DNA of 64,000 nt from an uncultured Candidatus Saccharibacteria bacterium (GCA_964364265.1 CAYILA010000004.1:9126-73125), one strand, 5' to 3'. Positions 1 through 10,584 are shown, counted from the first letter of the stretch. The notes: generated from the sequence alone by a model not told the origin. Program-made: numbers and translations.

Positions 1-12
1 AGAAAGAAACTG

Positions 13-1080
13 CTAAACCGTATCTTCGATTTTCTCTTCATTATCTCCTCCTTTGGCTGCCTCGATTATTTTTTCTTTAATTTTATCCGCTATCTTTTTG
101 TCTTTTTGTAGGAATACTCTAGCGCTGTCCTTGCCCTGACCCAGTTTCTCGCCCTCGTAGGAGACCCAGGAGCCGGCTTTCTCAATGATGTTGTATTTTA
201 TGCCAAGGTCCACCAATTCGCCCACATAATCGATTCCATCACCAAAGAGAAGGTCAAACTCGGCTGTTTTGAAGGGCGGGGCCACTTTGTTCTTGACCAC
301 TTTGACCATAACATGACTGCCGATGTCAACATCGCCTCTTTTCAAGGCCGCTTTCCTCCGGATATCAAGCCGAACCGAGGAGTAAAATTTTAAAGCGTTG
401 CCGCCGGTGGTTGTCTCCGGATTTCCGAACATGATACCGATCTTCATTCTAATCTGGTTAATGAAAATTAATATAGTTTTTGATTTTGAAACGATTCCGG
501 TTAATTTGCGCAGGGCTTGGCTCATCAACCTGGCTTGAACTCCCATCATGGAGTCGCCCATCTCTCCTTCAATCTCGGCGCGCGGCACCAGGGCGGCCAC
601 CGAATCGACGACGATTACATCGACGGCATTGGAACGCACCAATGTCTCGGTAATCTCCAAGGCCTGTTCGCCGGTATCCGGCTGGGAAATCAGGAGATTA
701 TTCAAATCCACTCCCAACTTAGCGGCGTGGTCCGGATCCAGAGCGTGCTCGGCGTCGATGAAAGCAACCGCTCCGCCCTTTTTTTGCGCCTGCGCAATCA
801 CATTCAAGGCCAAGGTCGTCTTGCCGGACGCCTCCGGTCCGTAAATCTCTACCACTCTTCCTCTCGGCAACCCGCCGACCCCCAGAGCCAAATCCAGGCC
901 CAATGACCCGGTCGGGACGACATCAACCTTCATCCTCGAGTTCTCGCCCATACTCATGATCGCGCCCTTGCCGAACTGTTTTTCAATCGACGACAGCGCC
1001 GCTTTCAGCGCTTCCTTTTTCCCCTCATTTGCCCGTTCGCGTGTTTCTGACCCCTCCTGAATTTCAGTTTTCTTTAGCAT
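13..1080 (-). CDS. recA: Recombinase RecA
   Basis: GPEASGKTT Walker [22 protein letters not shown] motifs; ATG at 1080 has an AGGAG RBS (ORF track starts at 1110). Confidence 0.99.
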   Translation of the reverse strand: MLKKTEIQEGSETRERANEGKKEALKAALSSIEKQFGKGAIMSMGENSRMKVDVVPTGSLGLDLALGVGGLPRGRVVEIYGPEASGKTTLALNVIAQAQKKGGAVAFIDAEHALDPDHAAKLGVDLNNLLISQPDTGEQALEITETLVRSNAVDVIVVDSVAALVPRAEIEGEMGDSMMGVQARLMSQALRKLTGIVSKSKTILIFINQIRMKIGIMFGNPETTTGGNALKFYSSVRLDIRRKAALKRGDVDIGSHVMVKVVKNKVAPPFKTAEFDLLFGDGIDYVGELVDLGIKYNIIEKAGSWVSYEGEKLGQGKDSARVFLQKDKKIADKIKEKIIEAAKGGDNEEKIEDTV

Positions 1081-1117
1081 TTTTCTCCTACTAATATTGC
1101 TTAAACTCATTATAGCC

Positions 1118-1206
1118 TTCCCCTCCTAATGTAGGAGGGGGTGGGGAGGTATAATTGTTTTAAATTTATTCTACTCCCGCTTACTCCCCCTACTCTAGTG
1201 GGAGAA
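1118..1206. mobile_element. Empty MITE-like element, CCCCT-hairpin family
   Basis: Left end cccctcct-aatgt-aggagggg-gtggggaggta and right end tactcccgcttactccccctactctagtgggag resemble the two flanks of the DUF559-like gene at 44163. Confidence 0.7.
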
Positions 1207-1209
1207 CCA

Positions 1210-1932
1210 TCAGAAACTATTTTCTGATGTTGTCGCCTCGGCCGTCTTCGGCCGATACTCGACGGTGTAAACCTCCGAGCTTTCCTTTTTGGCCTTATTG
1301 ATCGCCCTAACCTCGATTACATTCACCCCTTTATGCAATTTATAGGAAAGCGAGAAGTGGCCGTCGTTCGTAACCGGAATTTTTTCGGTGTTAACAGTTA
1401 CAAAGGAATCAATATCGGCCACACCGGTCAAGTCAATGGTATCATTCTCAACCGTAACATTGTTGTCCGGTGAGGTAATCCGTAAATTGGGACTGCCGGC
1501 AAAACCGAGCACCTGATAGAAGATATATGAAAACATTCCTAAAACGAAAACTCCCAGAGTGAAATAGGCCAAGGTCTTGGGAGTGACGCTCAATTTGTTT
1601 TCTTTAATCGGCCGACCGTATGAGAGTTCCGGCGATTCATCGTCCTTATATATACCGGCTTCCATATCAAACAGTTTTGAAATTTCCTCGATGTCCTGAT
1701 TCAAAAATCTGGCGTAGGCCAAGACAAAACCTCTGGCATAAGCCGTCGAGGGAAGGTCAGACCAAACCCCCTTTTCAATCGCAATCAGATATTTTGCCCG
1801 AACTTTTGTGGCAATCTCGGCGTCGTAGATCTTGATTTCCTTTTTGCGCCTGGCGGTCTTTAAAATCTCTCCCAGCGAGAGCCGTTTGGCCATTTTTTTT
1901 GTAGAAAAGACTGGATTCATAATTTTAATCAC
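1210..1932 (-). CDS. RodZ-like helix-turn-helix membrane protein with C-terminal Ig-like domain
   Basis: LGEILKTARR...KVRAKYLIAIEKG...YARGFVLAYARFL HTH, one TM helix, beta-rich C-terminus; downstream of ftsK; true start may be 1893. Confidence 0.85.
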   Translation of the reverse strand: MIKIMNPVFSTKKMAKRLSLGEILKTARRKKEIKIYDAEIATKVRAKYLIAIEKGVWSDLPSTAYARGFVLAYARFLNQDIEEISKLFDMEAGIYKDDESPELSYGRPIKENKLSVTPKTLAYFTLGVFVLGMFSYIFYQVLGFAGSPNLRITSPDNNVTVENDTIDLTGVADIDSFVTVNTEKIPVTNDGHFSLSYKLHKGVNVIEVRAINKAKKESSEVYTVEYRPKTAEATTSENSF

Positions 1933-2021
1933 TAGATATAAGATATAAGATACAAGACAAACGATAAACGATATATGCGAACCCCCACTTTTATCTTCTT
2001 AACTTTTATCTCATATCTATT

Positions 2022-4256
2022 TTAAAACCCGCCCTTATTGTATTGGTCCTCATTAAAATCATCTTCTCGCCGGTTGTTTCTGGGTTGGTAGCCGTCAGCG
2101 CTGATATTCGAGATTAAGACATCGCGAGGTTTTGCTCCGTCAGACGGTCCGATAACACCGTTCTCTTCTAATATATCGAGCAACCTTGCAGCTCTGGCAT
2201 AACCGACTCGAAGACGTCTCTGTAAGAGCGAGGCCGAGGCCTTGCCGGCCTGCATAACCGTCTCAACGGCGTCATCGTAAAGGTCATCATCGCCCGAACC
2301 CTCTCCGCTCGAAAAACCGCCGCCTGATTTTGCTGATCTGAATGTTAGAATTGATTCATCATATTGGGCCAGACTTTTTGACCGGAGAAAGTTATTGAGC
2401 TCTTCAATCTCCCCGTCCGAAACAAAACAACCCTGAATCCGTCTTGGTTTGTCGATACCGTTTGAAATGTAGAGCATGTCGCCGTTGCCCAGTAGTTTCT
2501 CGGCGCCGGACATATCCAATATGGTTCGGGAATCGACTTGAGAGGCAGTCGCGAAAGCGATCCTGGTTGAAATATTAGCTTTAATCAGGCCGGTCAAGAC
2601 ATCAACCGAGGGCCGCTGGGTGGCGACGATTAGGTGAATACCGGTCGCTCGCGCCATTTGGGCGATTCGAACAATTGAACTTTCAACATCTTTGGAAGAA
2701 GTGGCCATCAGGTCGGCCAACTCATCGATTATGATTACGATATATGGCAAAGATCCTTCCTCAGTCGGTTCGGCATTGTAGGCAAGAATATTTCTTTTGC
2801 CAGATTTTGAAAATATTTCATAGCGTCTTTCCATTTCGGAAACCGCCCATTTTAATGCCGAAACGATCTTATCCACCTCGGTTACGACGGGGGTGAGCAG
2901 ATGTGGAATACCGTTATAACCGGTCAGTTCGACTCTTTTCGGATCAACCAAAAGAAGTTTCAAATCTTCCGGAGAATTGTTGAATAGAAGAGCTATGATT
3001 ATTGAGTTGATGCAGACCGATTTGCCAGATCCGGTGGCGCCGGCTACAAGAGCGTGAGGCATCTTTTCTAGGTCGACCGAAATCGGATCGCCGGCCACAT
3101 CGCGGCCAAGAGCAATCGCTAATTTACTTTTGACAGATTTAAAATTGTTTGAATCCAAAACCTCTTTTAATGTCACTTTGGCGCCGATCTTGTTTGGAAT
3201 CTCCAAACCGACCAAGTCCTTGCCCGGAATCGGCGCCTCAACTCTTAAGCTCTTAGCTGAAAGCGCCAAGGCCAGATCGTTTTGGCGGGCAACGATCTGA
3301 TTTAATTTCACACCGGTATCCGGTTTCAAAGTATATTGAGTTACGGTCGGACCGACATTGACATCTTTCGTCGCCACTTTGATGCCGAAGTTCTCCAAGG
3401 TCTTTCTGATGATATCGGCGTTCTTCTCGATATTACCCGAGCTGGCAATGTCGTCCGACTCTTTCAAAATGTCGAGCGGCGGATACTCCCAAGCCATACC
3501 GCGGGTCGGTCGTTCCATTCGCTCCGGAGGCGCTACCTCAATGACCGGAGCGCGACCGCGGTTCGGGTTGCGACGCAAAAACTTTCTCTTCATCAGCTCA
3601 AAAACCGAAACCCTTTGGGGAACCGGATCGGAATTGCTGTTATTAATATTGACCTTGCTTCTTAGCTCTTCCTCCTCGTCACCGCCACGGAAGTACTTGG
3701 CCATTGAGACATTGAAAATCATTAATATTGAGACGAATATAGCCGCCACCACTGCCAGGAAGGACGGGAAGAGACCGATGCTATCTCGAAGCGGTGTGGT
3801 GATCATATAACCGACCGTTCCTCCGCCGCGGACAAGAGAGACGGCGTCTTTGGCGTCTTCTATCGGAATAAAAAGATGGAAGAAAGCCGGGAAAGAAGCC
3901 ATAAATAGGAATATTCCGATAAAGCGCGAGGGAGCGTATGCCTTTTCGCCCTTTTGAGTCACGAGTAAAATGTATCCGAAATAGAAAAAGGCAATTACAA
4001 AGAAGTAAACACCGAGCGGCCCAAAGATTTTAGCAGCCGCCTCCGAAATTGAGGAACCGATTTGTCCGGCACTGCCAAAAAATCCCAGCACTATAACTGT
4101 TGCTGTGATGATTGATATCAGACCAAAAATCGCTCTCCATACCTCTCCCGACATACCGAGCCCAATATCAAAGACAAAATCACCCCAATCGTTCTCCTTT
4201 TGGTACCACTTCGGCTTGGTTTGTTTGTGCTTCGGATGTTTTCTTTTTCTGCCCAC
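2022..4256 (-). CDS. ftsK: DNA translocase FtsK/SpoIIIE
   Basis: N-terminal TM helices, GATGSGKS, IIIDELADLM, ATQRPSVDV, gamma domain SLLQRRLRVGYARAAR. Confidence 0.98.
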   Translation of the reverse strand: MGRKRKHPKHKQTKPKWYQKENDWGDFVFDIGLGMSGEVWRAIFGLISIITATVIVLGFFGSAGQIGSSISEAAAKIFGPLGVYFFVIAFFYFGYILLVTQKGEKAYAPSRFIGIFLFMASFPAFFHLFIPIEDAKDAVSLVRGGGTVGYMITTPLRDSIGLFPSFLAVVAAIFVSILMIFNVSMAKYFRGGDEEEELRSKVNINNSNSDPVPQRVSVFELMKRKFLRRNPNRGRAPVIEVAPPERMERPTRGMAWEYPPLDILKESDDIASSGNIEKNADIIRKTLENFGIKVATKDVNVGPTVTQYTLKPDTGVKLNQIVARQNDLALALSAKSLRVEAPIPGKDLVGLEIPNKIGAKVTLKEVLDSNNFKSVKSKLAIALGRDVAGDPISVDLEKMPHALVAGATGSGKSVCINSIIIALLFNNSPEDLKLLLVDPKRVELTGYNGIPHLLTPVVTEVDKIVSALKWAVSEMERRYEIFSKSGKRNILAYNAEPTEEGSLPYIVIIIDELADLMATSSKDVESSIVRIAQMARATGIHLIVATQRPSVDVLTGLIKANISTRIAFATASQVDSRTILDMSGAEKLLGNGDMLYISNGIDKPRRIQGCFVSDGEIEELNNFLRSKSLAQYDESILTFRSAKSGGGFSSGEGSGDDDLYDDAVETVMQAGKASASLLQRRLRVGYARAARLLDILEENGVIGPSDGAKPRDVLISNISADGYQPRNNRREDDFNEDQYNKGGF

Positions 4257-4269
4257 CTACCCTCCAATG

Positions 4270-4360
4270 ATAGTATTATGTATCAAGTATTATGTATTAT
4301 GGCTCGCAGCTGCCCCCTTCCAAACCCTTAATACTCAACACAAGATACTTGATACTTTTT
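4270..4360. repeat. Heptamer-periodic inverted array (gtattat / gatactt family)
   Basis: gtattatgtatcaagtattatgtattatg ... taatactcaacacaagatacttgatact; related arrays at 16517-16622, 21431-21461, 60083-60175. Confidence 0.65.
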
Positions 4361-4478
4361 AAGTTGGTTTATACACAAAAAAGTGCCCCTTTTGCTACAT
4401 TATAGAATATTAACTATCAAGAAGCAAATGCCCAAATAAAAGGAAGTCTGGTGCCGGGGCTTTTTTGTTTTATAAACA

Positions 4479-4516
4479 CAGAAAGCGGCCTGAAATAATC
4501 GAGAGCCGCTTTCTGT
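4479..4516. terminator. Hairpin terminator downstream of four-helix bundle gene
   Basis: cagaaagcggc...gccgctttctg inverted repeat. Confidence 0.5.
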
Positions 4517-4521
4517 TATAG

Positions 4522-4660
4522 AAGAGGGGGGGAAGAGGGGTGAAATGGGACGGGAGGGGAGTTAGAATGGGACGGGAGGGGTTAGATTGGAGGAATAAGT
4601 AAAGTGGGATAAATCTGTTCCCTCTTCTCACCCCTTTAACCCTTTTCTCCCTTTTGGATA
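4522..4660. repeat. Purine-rich then pyrimidine-rich roughly 9-nt periodic flank
   Basis: aatgggacgggagggg repeated, then ccctcttctcacccctttaacccttttctccc. Confidence 0.7.
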
Positions 4661-5157
4661 ATTTTGCCGTCATTTGATTTTTCCAACCCCGCTTCGGCAA
4701 GAAGTTTTTCAAAAATATCCCTGTCATCATCCTTCTGATTTTTAAGAATCAGAGATTTTTCGCGCGAAGGGAGCGTTCCCTCTCTTTCCATTTTCAAATA
4801 CAGGGATTTGCGCAGCTGATTTAGGAGAAAATCAAGCTCATTGCATTTATTTTCACAGAAGTCACGAGTAACTTCTGTGATTTTCTTGTCTAGGAAGAGA
4901 TCCTTAATATCTTCTTTAATCTCGGCCAGAGAACCGAGAGAGAAACTTAAAAAATCGAAGTACTCTTTGGTCGTGGTCCGCTTCCAACCCTCGACAATAT
5001 TTTGTTTAACGGAACGGGCGGAATCGATTAAGTGAACTTTACGCCGTCGCTCATCATAAGACAATTTGTCGGTCAACTTGACGATATTGAGTCTTAATTC
5101 ATCGGATCTTTTGTAGACAAGAAGTTCGCGAAAACCATCGGGTTTATGTTGTCTCAT
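4636..5157 (-). CDS. Four-helix bundle protein (TIGR02436 / 23S rRNA IVP-like family)
   Basis: FRELLVYKRS...SARSVKQNIVEGW.R.TTKEYFDFLSFSLGSLAE signature; GGAGG RBS. Confidence 0.9.
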   Translation of the reverse strand: MRQHKPDGFRELLVYKRSDELRLNIVKLTDKLSYDERRRKVHLIDSARSVKQNIVEGWKRTTTKEYFDFLSFSLGSLAEIKEDIKDLFLDKKITEVTRDFCENKCNELDFLLNQLRKSLYLKMEREGTLPSREKSLILKNQKDDDRDIFEKLLAEAGLEKSNDGKIIQKGEKG

Positions 5158-5174
5158 TAACCTCCTTATTACAT

Positions 5175-5340
5175 AAAGGGTTAAATGGGCGAAAAGGGAT
5201 AGAGGGGAATCAAATATCCAGTTTTTATCAAGTCCTAACTAAACCGAGAAGATGGGTTAGATGGGTTAGATGGGTTAGATAAGCAGGGTGGGACAATTCC
5301 GTCCCCCTTTTCTCCCTTTTTGCCCCTCTCTCCCCTATAC
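5175..5340. repeat. Purine-rich then pyrimidine-rich 9-nt periodic flank
   Basis: (gatgggtta)x3 at about 5251-5279, then cccccttttctccctttttgcccctctctcccct. Confidence 0.75.
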
Positions 5341-7227
5341 TTCTATAACTACCGGAATTACCATTGGTCTTCGTTCGGTTTCGGTATAGAGGAACTCGCC
5401 GACCTCATCGCGCAGTTTTTGCTTCAAGAGCGACCAGTCCACCTTCGGACCGTTCTTTTCCGGCGCGTGGTGAGAAAATATTTTTTTAATCTCGGCTCTG
5501 GCTTTGTGGACCAGCTCCTCGTTCTCGCGCATATAGATGAAACCGCGCGAAATGATATCGGGAGATGTTACAATATCGCCGTTCTCATGGTCGACCGTCA
5601 TAATGATGACGAAGATACCGTCTTGGGCCATCGCTTTTCGGTCGCGTAGAACGATATTTCCGACATCGCCCACGCCTAAGCCGTCAACCAAGACATATGA
5701 GGCGGGGACTCGTTTATTTGTAACCTCGCCTTTGCCGCTGTGGAATTCAATGACCTGGCCGTCATCGGCGACCAAACAGTGGGCTTCATCGGCAATTCCC
5801 ATATCTTGGGCAAATTGAGAGTGAAGCATCAGGCGGTGGCGTTCGCCGTGGATCGGGATGAAGTACTGCGGGCGGATCAGGGCCAGCATCAATTTCAAGT
5901 CCTCTTGGTTGGCGTGTCCGGAGGTGTGAACATCCATCAATTTTTGATAAACAACTTTGGCGCCTTCGCGGAACAGATTGTCCATCAAACCCGAAACTGA
6001 TCGTTCGTTGCCTGGAATCGGCGAAGAGGACAGGATGACCAAATCGCCGTGTTTGATCTTGATCTGGCGGTGCTCGCCGGCGGCGATTCGGGTCAGAGCC
6101 GCCTTGTCCTCGCCCTGCGAACCGGTACAGACGATTACGATTTTGTCATCGGCATAATGCCCCATATCCTTTACATCAACAATTGTGTTTGGCGGAACGA
6201 TTAGGGCATCCAATGAGATTGCAATCTCAACCGTGTTCAACATACTTCGTCCGACGAAGGTAACCTTGCGGCCCAATTTGTGGGAGACATTCAAAACCTG
6301 CTGGATTCGGGAAATGAGGGTCGAGAAAGTCGAGACGATAATTCTACCCTTGGCATATTCAACCAATTTGTGAAGCGAGTACTCGATTTCTCGTTCTGAT
6401 ATTGAGTTGCCCGGCTTCTCGACATTGGTTGAATCGGAGAATAAAGCTAGGGGTTTCTTGGCTCCAAGCATGGCCAAAGCCGAAAAATCAGCCGGGCGGC
6501 CGTCGGCTGGCGTATGGTCGAATTTCCAGTCAGTAGTGTAGACCAAGAGACCTTCCGGTGTCTCGATCGCAAAGCCCATCGCTTGAGGAATACTGTGAGT
6601 TAGACGAAATGTAGAAATCCTAAAAACGCCAAGTTGCAAAACATCCTCCCCGATCTTGATGCTTTCCAATTTCGCCTTGTCGGCCAAGCCGACTTCCTCC
6701 AACTTGCTTTTAATTAGTCCGATTGAGAGCGGCGCCGAATAGATTGTCGGCGAACCGATTTTTTCATAAACATAAGGTATGCCGCCAATGTGGTCCAAGT
6801 GGCCGTGGGTTACGATCAAACCTCGGATTTTGCTCTTGTTCTGCTCCAGATAAGTTACATCCGGGATAATGTAATCGACTCCCGGCATCGTTTCATCCGG
6901 AAAATCCAGACCCATATCAACGACAATAATATCGTTGCCGTATTCAATTACGGTCGTATTCTTGCCGCCGGTTTCCTCGACACCACCCAAAGGGATGATC
7001 CGAAGACGCGGACCGGTGAAGAACTTGCCGTTGTTGGGATCGACTCTTTGAGCCGTGAACCTCGGCTCCGATTTTGATTTTAAGGCAAGGGCGTCTTTCT
7101 GACGGTCGCCCTGGCGACGCTCGGCGTTTTTGATATCGCCGGCGGTTCTGGTCGCCTTGCCACTAGTAGAATAACTTCGTGTTGCCAAACTCGAAGTTCT
7201 AGGTATTCTTTTAGTTCTATTTTCCAT
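5335..7227 (-). CDS. rnj: Ribonuclease J with N-terminal extension
   Basis: IIPLGGVEE, THGHLDHIG, GSQGE, HTSGHA, PIHGE motifs. Confidence 0.98.
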   Translation of the reverse strand: MENRTKRIPRTSSLATRSYSTSGKATRTAGDIKNAERRQGDRQKDALALKSKSEPRFTAQRVDPNNGKFFTGPRLRIIPLGGVEETGGKNTTVIEYGNDIIVVDMGLDFPDETMPGVDYIIPDVTYLEQNKSKIRGLIVTHGHLDHIGGIPYVYEKIGSPTIYSAPLSIGLIKSKLEEVGLADKAKLESIKIGEDVLQLGVFRISTFRLTHSIPQAMGFAIETPEGLLVYTTDWKFDHTPADGRPADFSALAMLGAKKPLALFSDSTNVEKPGNSISEREIEYSLHKLVEYAKGRIIVSTFSTLISRIQQVLNVSHKLGRKVTFVGRSMLNTVEIAISLDALIVPPNTIVDVKDMGHYADDKIVIVCTGSQGEDKAALTRIAAGEHRQIKIKHGDLVILSSSPIPGNERSVSGLMDNLFREGAKVVYQKLMDVHTSGHANQEDLKLMLALIRPQYFIPIHGERHRLMLHSQFAQDMGIADEAHCLVADDGQVIEFHSGKGEVTNKRVPASYVLVDGLGVGDVGNIVLRDRKAMAQDGIFVIIMTVDHENGDIVTSPDIISRGFIYMRENEELVHKARAEIKKIFSHHAPEKNGPKVDWSLLKQKLRDEVGEFLYTETERRPMVIPVVIEV

Positions 7228-7273
7228 TTCCTTCCTTTCTTAAAGGAGACTCTTAGTTCTATATCCCCTGTTT

Positions 7274-7370
7274 GTCATCTCGAGCTCCAAGAGGGGCACT
7301 TTGGGCTGATCCGAGAGATCTTTTAAAAGATTCCTCCGCTCCCCGACAAGTCGAGGTCGGTCAGAATGAC
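7274..7370. repeat. GTCAT...ATGAC palindromic element with nested hairpin
   Basis: gtcatctcgagc[ccaagaggggcactttggg]...gagagatcttttaaaagattcctccgct...cagaatgac. Confidence 0.85.
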
Positions 7371-7463
7371 ATCAATCGTTAATATTAAAAAATTAGATTG
7401 CAGAGAACTATCGCTTATTAGTTAATTACACAATATCAGAGAATTTCCGATAAGTCAAGTTTT

Positions 7464-9590
7464 TTATTGCATTGCTTTAATTGAGAGACCGATCCGGCCC
7501 TTTTCCGGATCGACTTCCATAACTTTGGCGGTGACGACATCGCCAACCCGCAAGACATCGGATACCTTTTCAACTCTTTTCTCGGAAATCTGTGAGATGT
7601 GAACCATTCCATCCATTTTCGGTGTGATTTCAACGATGGCGCCGATCTCTTTGCCGGTCATCCGGTCTTTTTTGATTTCGATAATCTTTCCGGTGATAAT
7701 CTCGCCCGGAACGATATCTCTTGTCATCGACTTTACGGTCTGGATCGCCTTTTCGCCCGCCGCTGAATCGAGGGATGAAATCATAACGGTGCCGTCATCC
7801 TCGATATCGATCGAGACCAACTCCTTGCCGCCGCAATCCTCGATAATCTTTTTAATGTTTTTGCCGCCCGGCCCGATCAATTCACCGATTTTATCAGGAT
7901 TGATCTTAACCGCCTCGATTCTTGGGGCGTATTTAGATAAATCAGCCCGTGGTGTACTGATCGCTTCTTCGATCCGTCCCAAAATCTCCAAACGGCCTGT
8001 TTTGGCCTGCGTAAATGTATTTCTAATAATATCCATTGAAAGTCCGGCGATTTTGGTATCCATCTGAACCGCGGTCACACCGTCGCGGGTTCCGGCCACT
8101 TTGAAATCCATATCGCCGGCAAAATCTTCCACACCCTGAAGGTCGGAAAGAATTTTATAATCGCTTGCATCTTCATTCGTAACCAAGCCCATAGCAATTC
8201 CGGCCACCGGTTTTGTAATCGGAACACCGGCGTCCATTAAGGCCAAGGTCGCGCCGCAGGTGGCGGCCATCGAACTGGAACCGTTTGAGCTTAAAATCTC
8301 GGAAACCAATCTTATAGTATAGGGAAAATCTTCTTGTGAGGGGATAACCGGTTTTAGGGCCTTTTCGGCCAAATAACCGTGCCCGACCTCTCGGCGTCCG
8401 GCGCCGCGCATCGGTCGGACTTCACCGGTCGAAAATGGCGGGAAGTTGTAATGATGCATAAAACGCTTGGTCGATTCGCCCTCCATCGTGTCTATCAGCT
8501 GCTCCATTCCGGGCGAGGCCAAGGTGGCAACGGTCAGCGCCTGCGTCTGGCCGCGGGAAAAAAGGGCCGAGCCGTGGGTTCGAGGCAAGAGTCCGACTTC
8601 GATTCCGATCGGGCGAATTTCTTCGTTCTTTCGGCCGTCGGGGCGGACCCCCTCTTCTAGAATAATCCGTCTTACCTCTTTTTCAACTAATTTAGCAAAA
8701 GCGCCCCTGATATCGATTTGTTTATGGGTTCCCTCTAAACTTTGCAGAACTTCCGCTTCATAAGCGGCTAACTTGGCCTCTCTTGCCTCCTTGTCCATCT
8801 CGGCCAAGGCCTCTTTAATCTTGGAATCAGCCAAAGCTTTGACATCGGTATGAAGAGCCGAAACCTCATCCTCTTCGGTCGCGGCCGTTCTTTGGAAGTC
8901 CTCGGCGATTTTATGCTGGATATCGATAATCGGTTTGGCGATAGCGAAGGACTTTTCAATCGCTTCGACAATCTTTTCCTCCGAAACTTCCTTCGACTCG
9001 ACTTCCAGCATCATCATCCGGTCTTTGGTCATCGCAATCGAAAGATTGAGGTCGGATTTCTCCAATTCCTCTTCAGTCGGGTTAAATACCAGTTCTCCGT
9101 CAACCATTCCAACGCCAAGAGCGGCAATCGGCTCCTTGAACGGAGCGCAGGTCTGCATCAGGGCGGCCGATGAGGCGACAATGGCCATAATGTCGGGGTC
9201 AACCGTTCCGTCGTATGACAAAACAGTGATAATTATTTGAATATCATTGCGAAAGTTCTTTGGGAACAGCGGGCGAAGAGGCCGGTCAATCTTTCTGGCG
9301 GCCAAAACGGCGGCTTCGGAAGGTCGGCTTTCTCTTTTTATAAAACGGGAACCGGAGATTTTGCCGGAAGCGTAAAATCTTTCCTCAAAATCTACCATCA
9401 GGGGAAAGAAATCGACACCTTCGCGAGGCTCTTTTCCAATTACAACCGTAGCTAAAACAACCGTTTCATTGCATCTGGCGACCATCGAACCGGTCGCAAA
9501 CTCGGCCAATTTTCCGCTCTCCAAATAGAGAGTCTTGCCGGCAAAATCGACTTCGTACTTCTTGAGATCGAACTCTTTGTTCTTGATCAT
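7464..9590 (-). CDS. pnp: Polyribonucleotide nucleotidyltransferase (PNPase)
   Basis: RTHGSALFSRGQTQ, HHYNFPPFSTGE, GDMDFKVAGT, KH and S1 domains. Confidence 0.99.
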   Translation of the reverse strand: MIKNKEFDLKKYEVDFAGKTLYLESGKLAEFATGSMVARCNETVVLATVVIGKEPREGVDFFPLMVDFEERFYASGKISGSRFIKRESRPSEAAVLAARKIDRPLRPLFPKNFRNDIQIIITVLSYDGTVDPDIMAIVASSAALMQTCAPFKEPIAALGVGMVDGELVFNPTEEELEKSDLNLSIAMTKDRMMMLEVESKEVSEEKIVEAIEKSFAIAKPIIDIQHKIAEDFQRTAATEEDEVSALHTDVKALADSKIKEALAEMDKEAREAKLAAYEAEVLQSLEGTHKQIDIRGAFAKLVEKEVRRIILEEGVRPDGRKNEEIRPIGIEVGLLPRTHGSALFSRGQTQALTVATLASPGMEQLIDTMEGESTKRFMHHYNFPPFSTGEVRPMRGAGRREVGHGYLAEKALKPVIPSQEDFPYTIRLVSEILSSNGSSSMAATCGATLALMDAGVPITKPVAGIAMGLVTNEDASDYKILSDLQGVEDFAGDMDFKVAGTRDGVTAVQMDTKIAGLSMDIIRNTFTQAKTGRLEILGRIEEAISTPRADLSKYAPRIEAVKINPDKIGELIGPGGKNIKKIIEDCGGKELVSIDIEDDGTVMISSLDSAAGEKAIQTVKSMTRDIVPGEIITGKIIEIKKDRMTGKEIGAIVEITPKMDGMVHISQISEKRVEKVSDVLRVGDVVTAKVMEVDPEKGRIGLSIKAMQ

Positions 9591-9602
9591 TAGTTTCCCA
9601 AT

Positions 9603-9711
9603 CTCCTACGAAATTACGAATCAAACGAAATTACTAAACTACTAAATTACGAATATTAAATGCGCTTTTCGTAATTTAGTATTTTTGTTGAATTCGTACT
9701 TTCGTAGGGTT
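9603..9711. repeat. TTACGAA/TTCGTAA periodic inverted array
   Basis: Arms are reverse complements; right arm nearly identical to 13971-14011; further copies at 38236-38350 and 53911-53961. Confidence 0.8.
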
Positions 9712-9716
9712 ATTAT

Positions 9717-10007
9717 TTATTTTCTTAAACCTAAATCAGTAATTAATTTACTGTACTTCTCTGCGTTTACTTTGTTCAGGTAATTTAGAAGTCGGCGTCT
9801 CTTGCCAACCATCATCAAAAGACCTCGGCGGGAATCAAAATCTTTCTTATGATTCTTCAAGTGTTTGGTCAAATCAGAGATCTTTTTAGTTAAAACCGCG
9901 ATTTGGACTTCGGTTGAACCGGTATCATCCTTGTGGGTCTGATATTTGGTAATCAAATCAACTCTGGCAGCTTTTCCTGTATTCTGCCCCTGTACTGTCT
10001 TTGGCAT
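9717..10007 (-). CDS. rpsO: 30S ribosomal protein S15
   Basis: DTGSTEVQIAVLT...HKKDFDSRRGLLMMVGKRRRLL; upstream of pnp. Confidence 0.99.
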   Translation of the reverse strand: MPKTVQGQNTGKAARVDLITKYQTHKDDTGSTEVQIAVLTKKISDLTKHLKNHKKDFDSRRGLLMMVGKRRRLLNYLNKVNAEKYSKLITDLGLRK

Positions 10008-10025
10008 ATCTTCCTTTCGGCCGGC

Positions 10026-10128
10026 AATTCAAGAACAATTGTTCAATTGTTTCATTGTTTCATTGTTGAAACCGCAATGACAACTTACGCATCCCAACAA
10101 TTTAGCAATTTAGCAATTTAGCAATGAA
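10026..10128. repeat. Octamer-periodic inverted array (cattgttt / agcaattt family)
   Basis: caattgtttcattgtttcattgtt ... caatttagcaatttagcaatttagcaat in the rpsO leader. Confidence 0.7.
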
Positions 10129-10258
10129 CCTGAAACTGGTCACTAATTTCTATTACGTTTTTTATGATACTATAATTTATTGATTTTTACAAGTCTAAAA
10201 TGAATTAGAGGCGCCCGATACAGGAGGGCGCCTCACGCTGTGCTGGAACAAACATGTT

Positions 10259-10474
10259 TCAGTCTGCTCCAAAAAATGGTCCCGGTCCATGGCTCCGGAT
10301 CACGTGGGCAACAAGAATGCCGTTGCCCAGAACCGGGTCGTTGACCTTGCGGGACAATTCACACGCCTGCAAAGCAGGCACGTCCCGAACCGGTCCCAGC
10401 CGCTCCAAAATCGCCAAACCATGAACTGTGGCGTGGCATTCCAGTACCTGACGTTCATACAATTCTCGTTTCAT
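10259..10474 (-). CDS. Small orphan protein (71 aa)
   Basis: GGGGAGG RBS before ATG; downstream hairpin gaggcgccc...gggcgcctc at about 10208-10234. Confidence 0.5.
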   Translation of the reverse strand: MKRELYERQVLECHATVHGLAILERLGPVRDVPALQACELSRKVNDPVLGNGILVAHVIRSHGPGPFFGAD

Positions 10475-10525
10475 TATTTCCTCCCCATCGGCGCCGGATA
10501 TTTAATATTATTACCTTATATTGAT

Positions 10526-10554
10526 AAAAAAACAACCGCTGGCGGGTTGTTTTT
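10526..10554. terminator. Intrinsic terminator after DHH phosphoesterase
   Basis: aaaaaacaaccgc-tg-gcgggttgtttttt. Confidence 0.6.
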
Positions 10555-10584
10555 CTCAATACAAGAGAAACATTATTTACTATT

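Noticed and set aside
4636-5157. Diversity-generating retroelement (Avd-like protein)
   Set aside because: No reverse transcriptase and no template/variable repeat pair differing at adenines was seen in the window.
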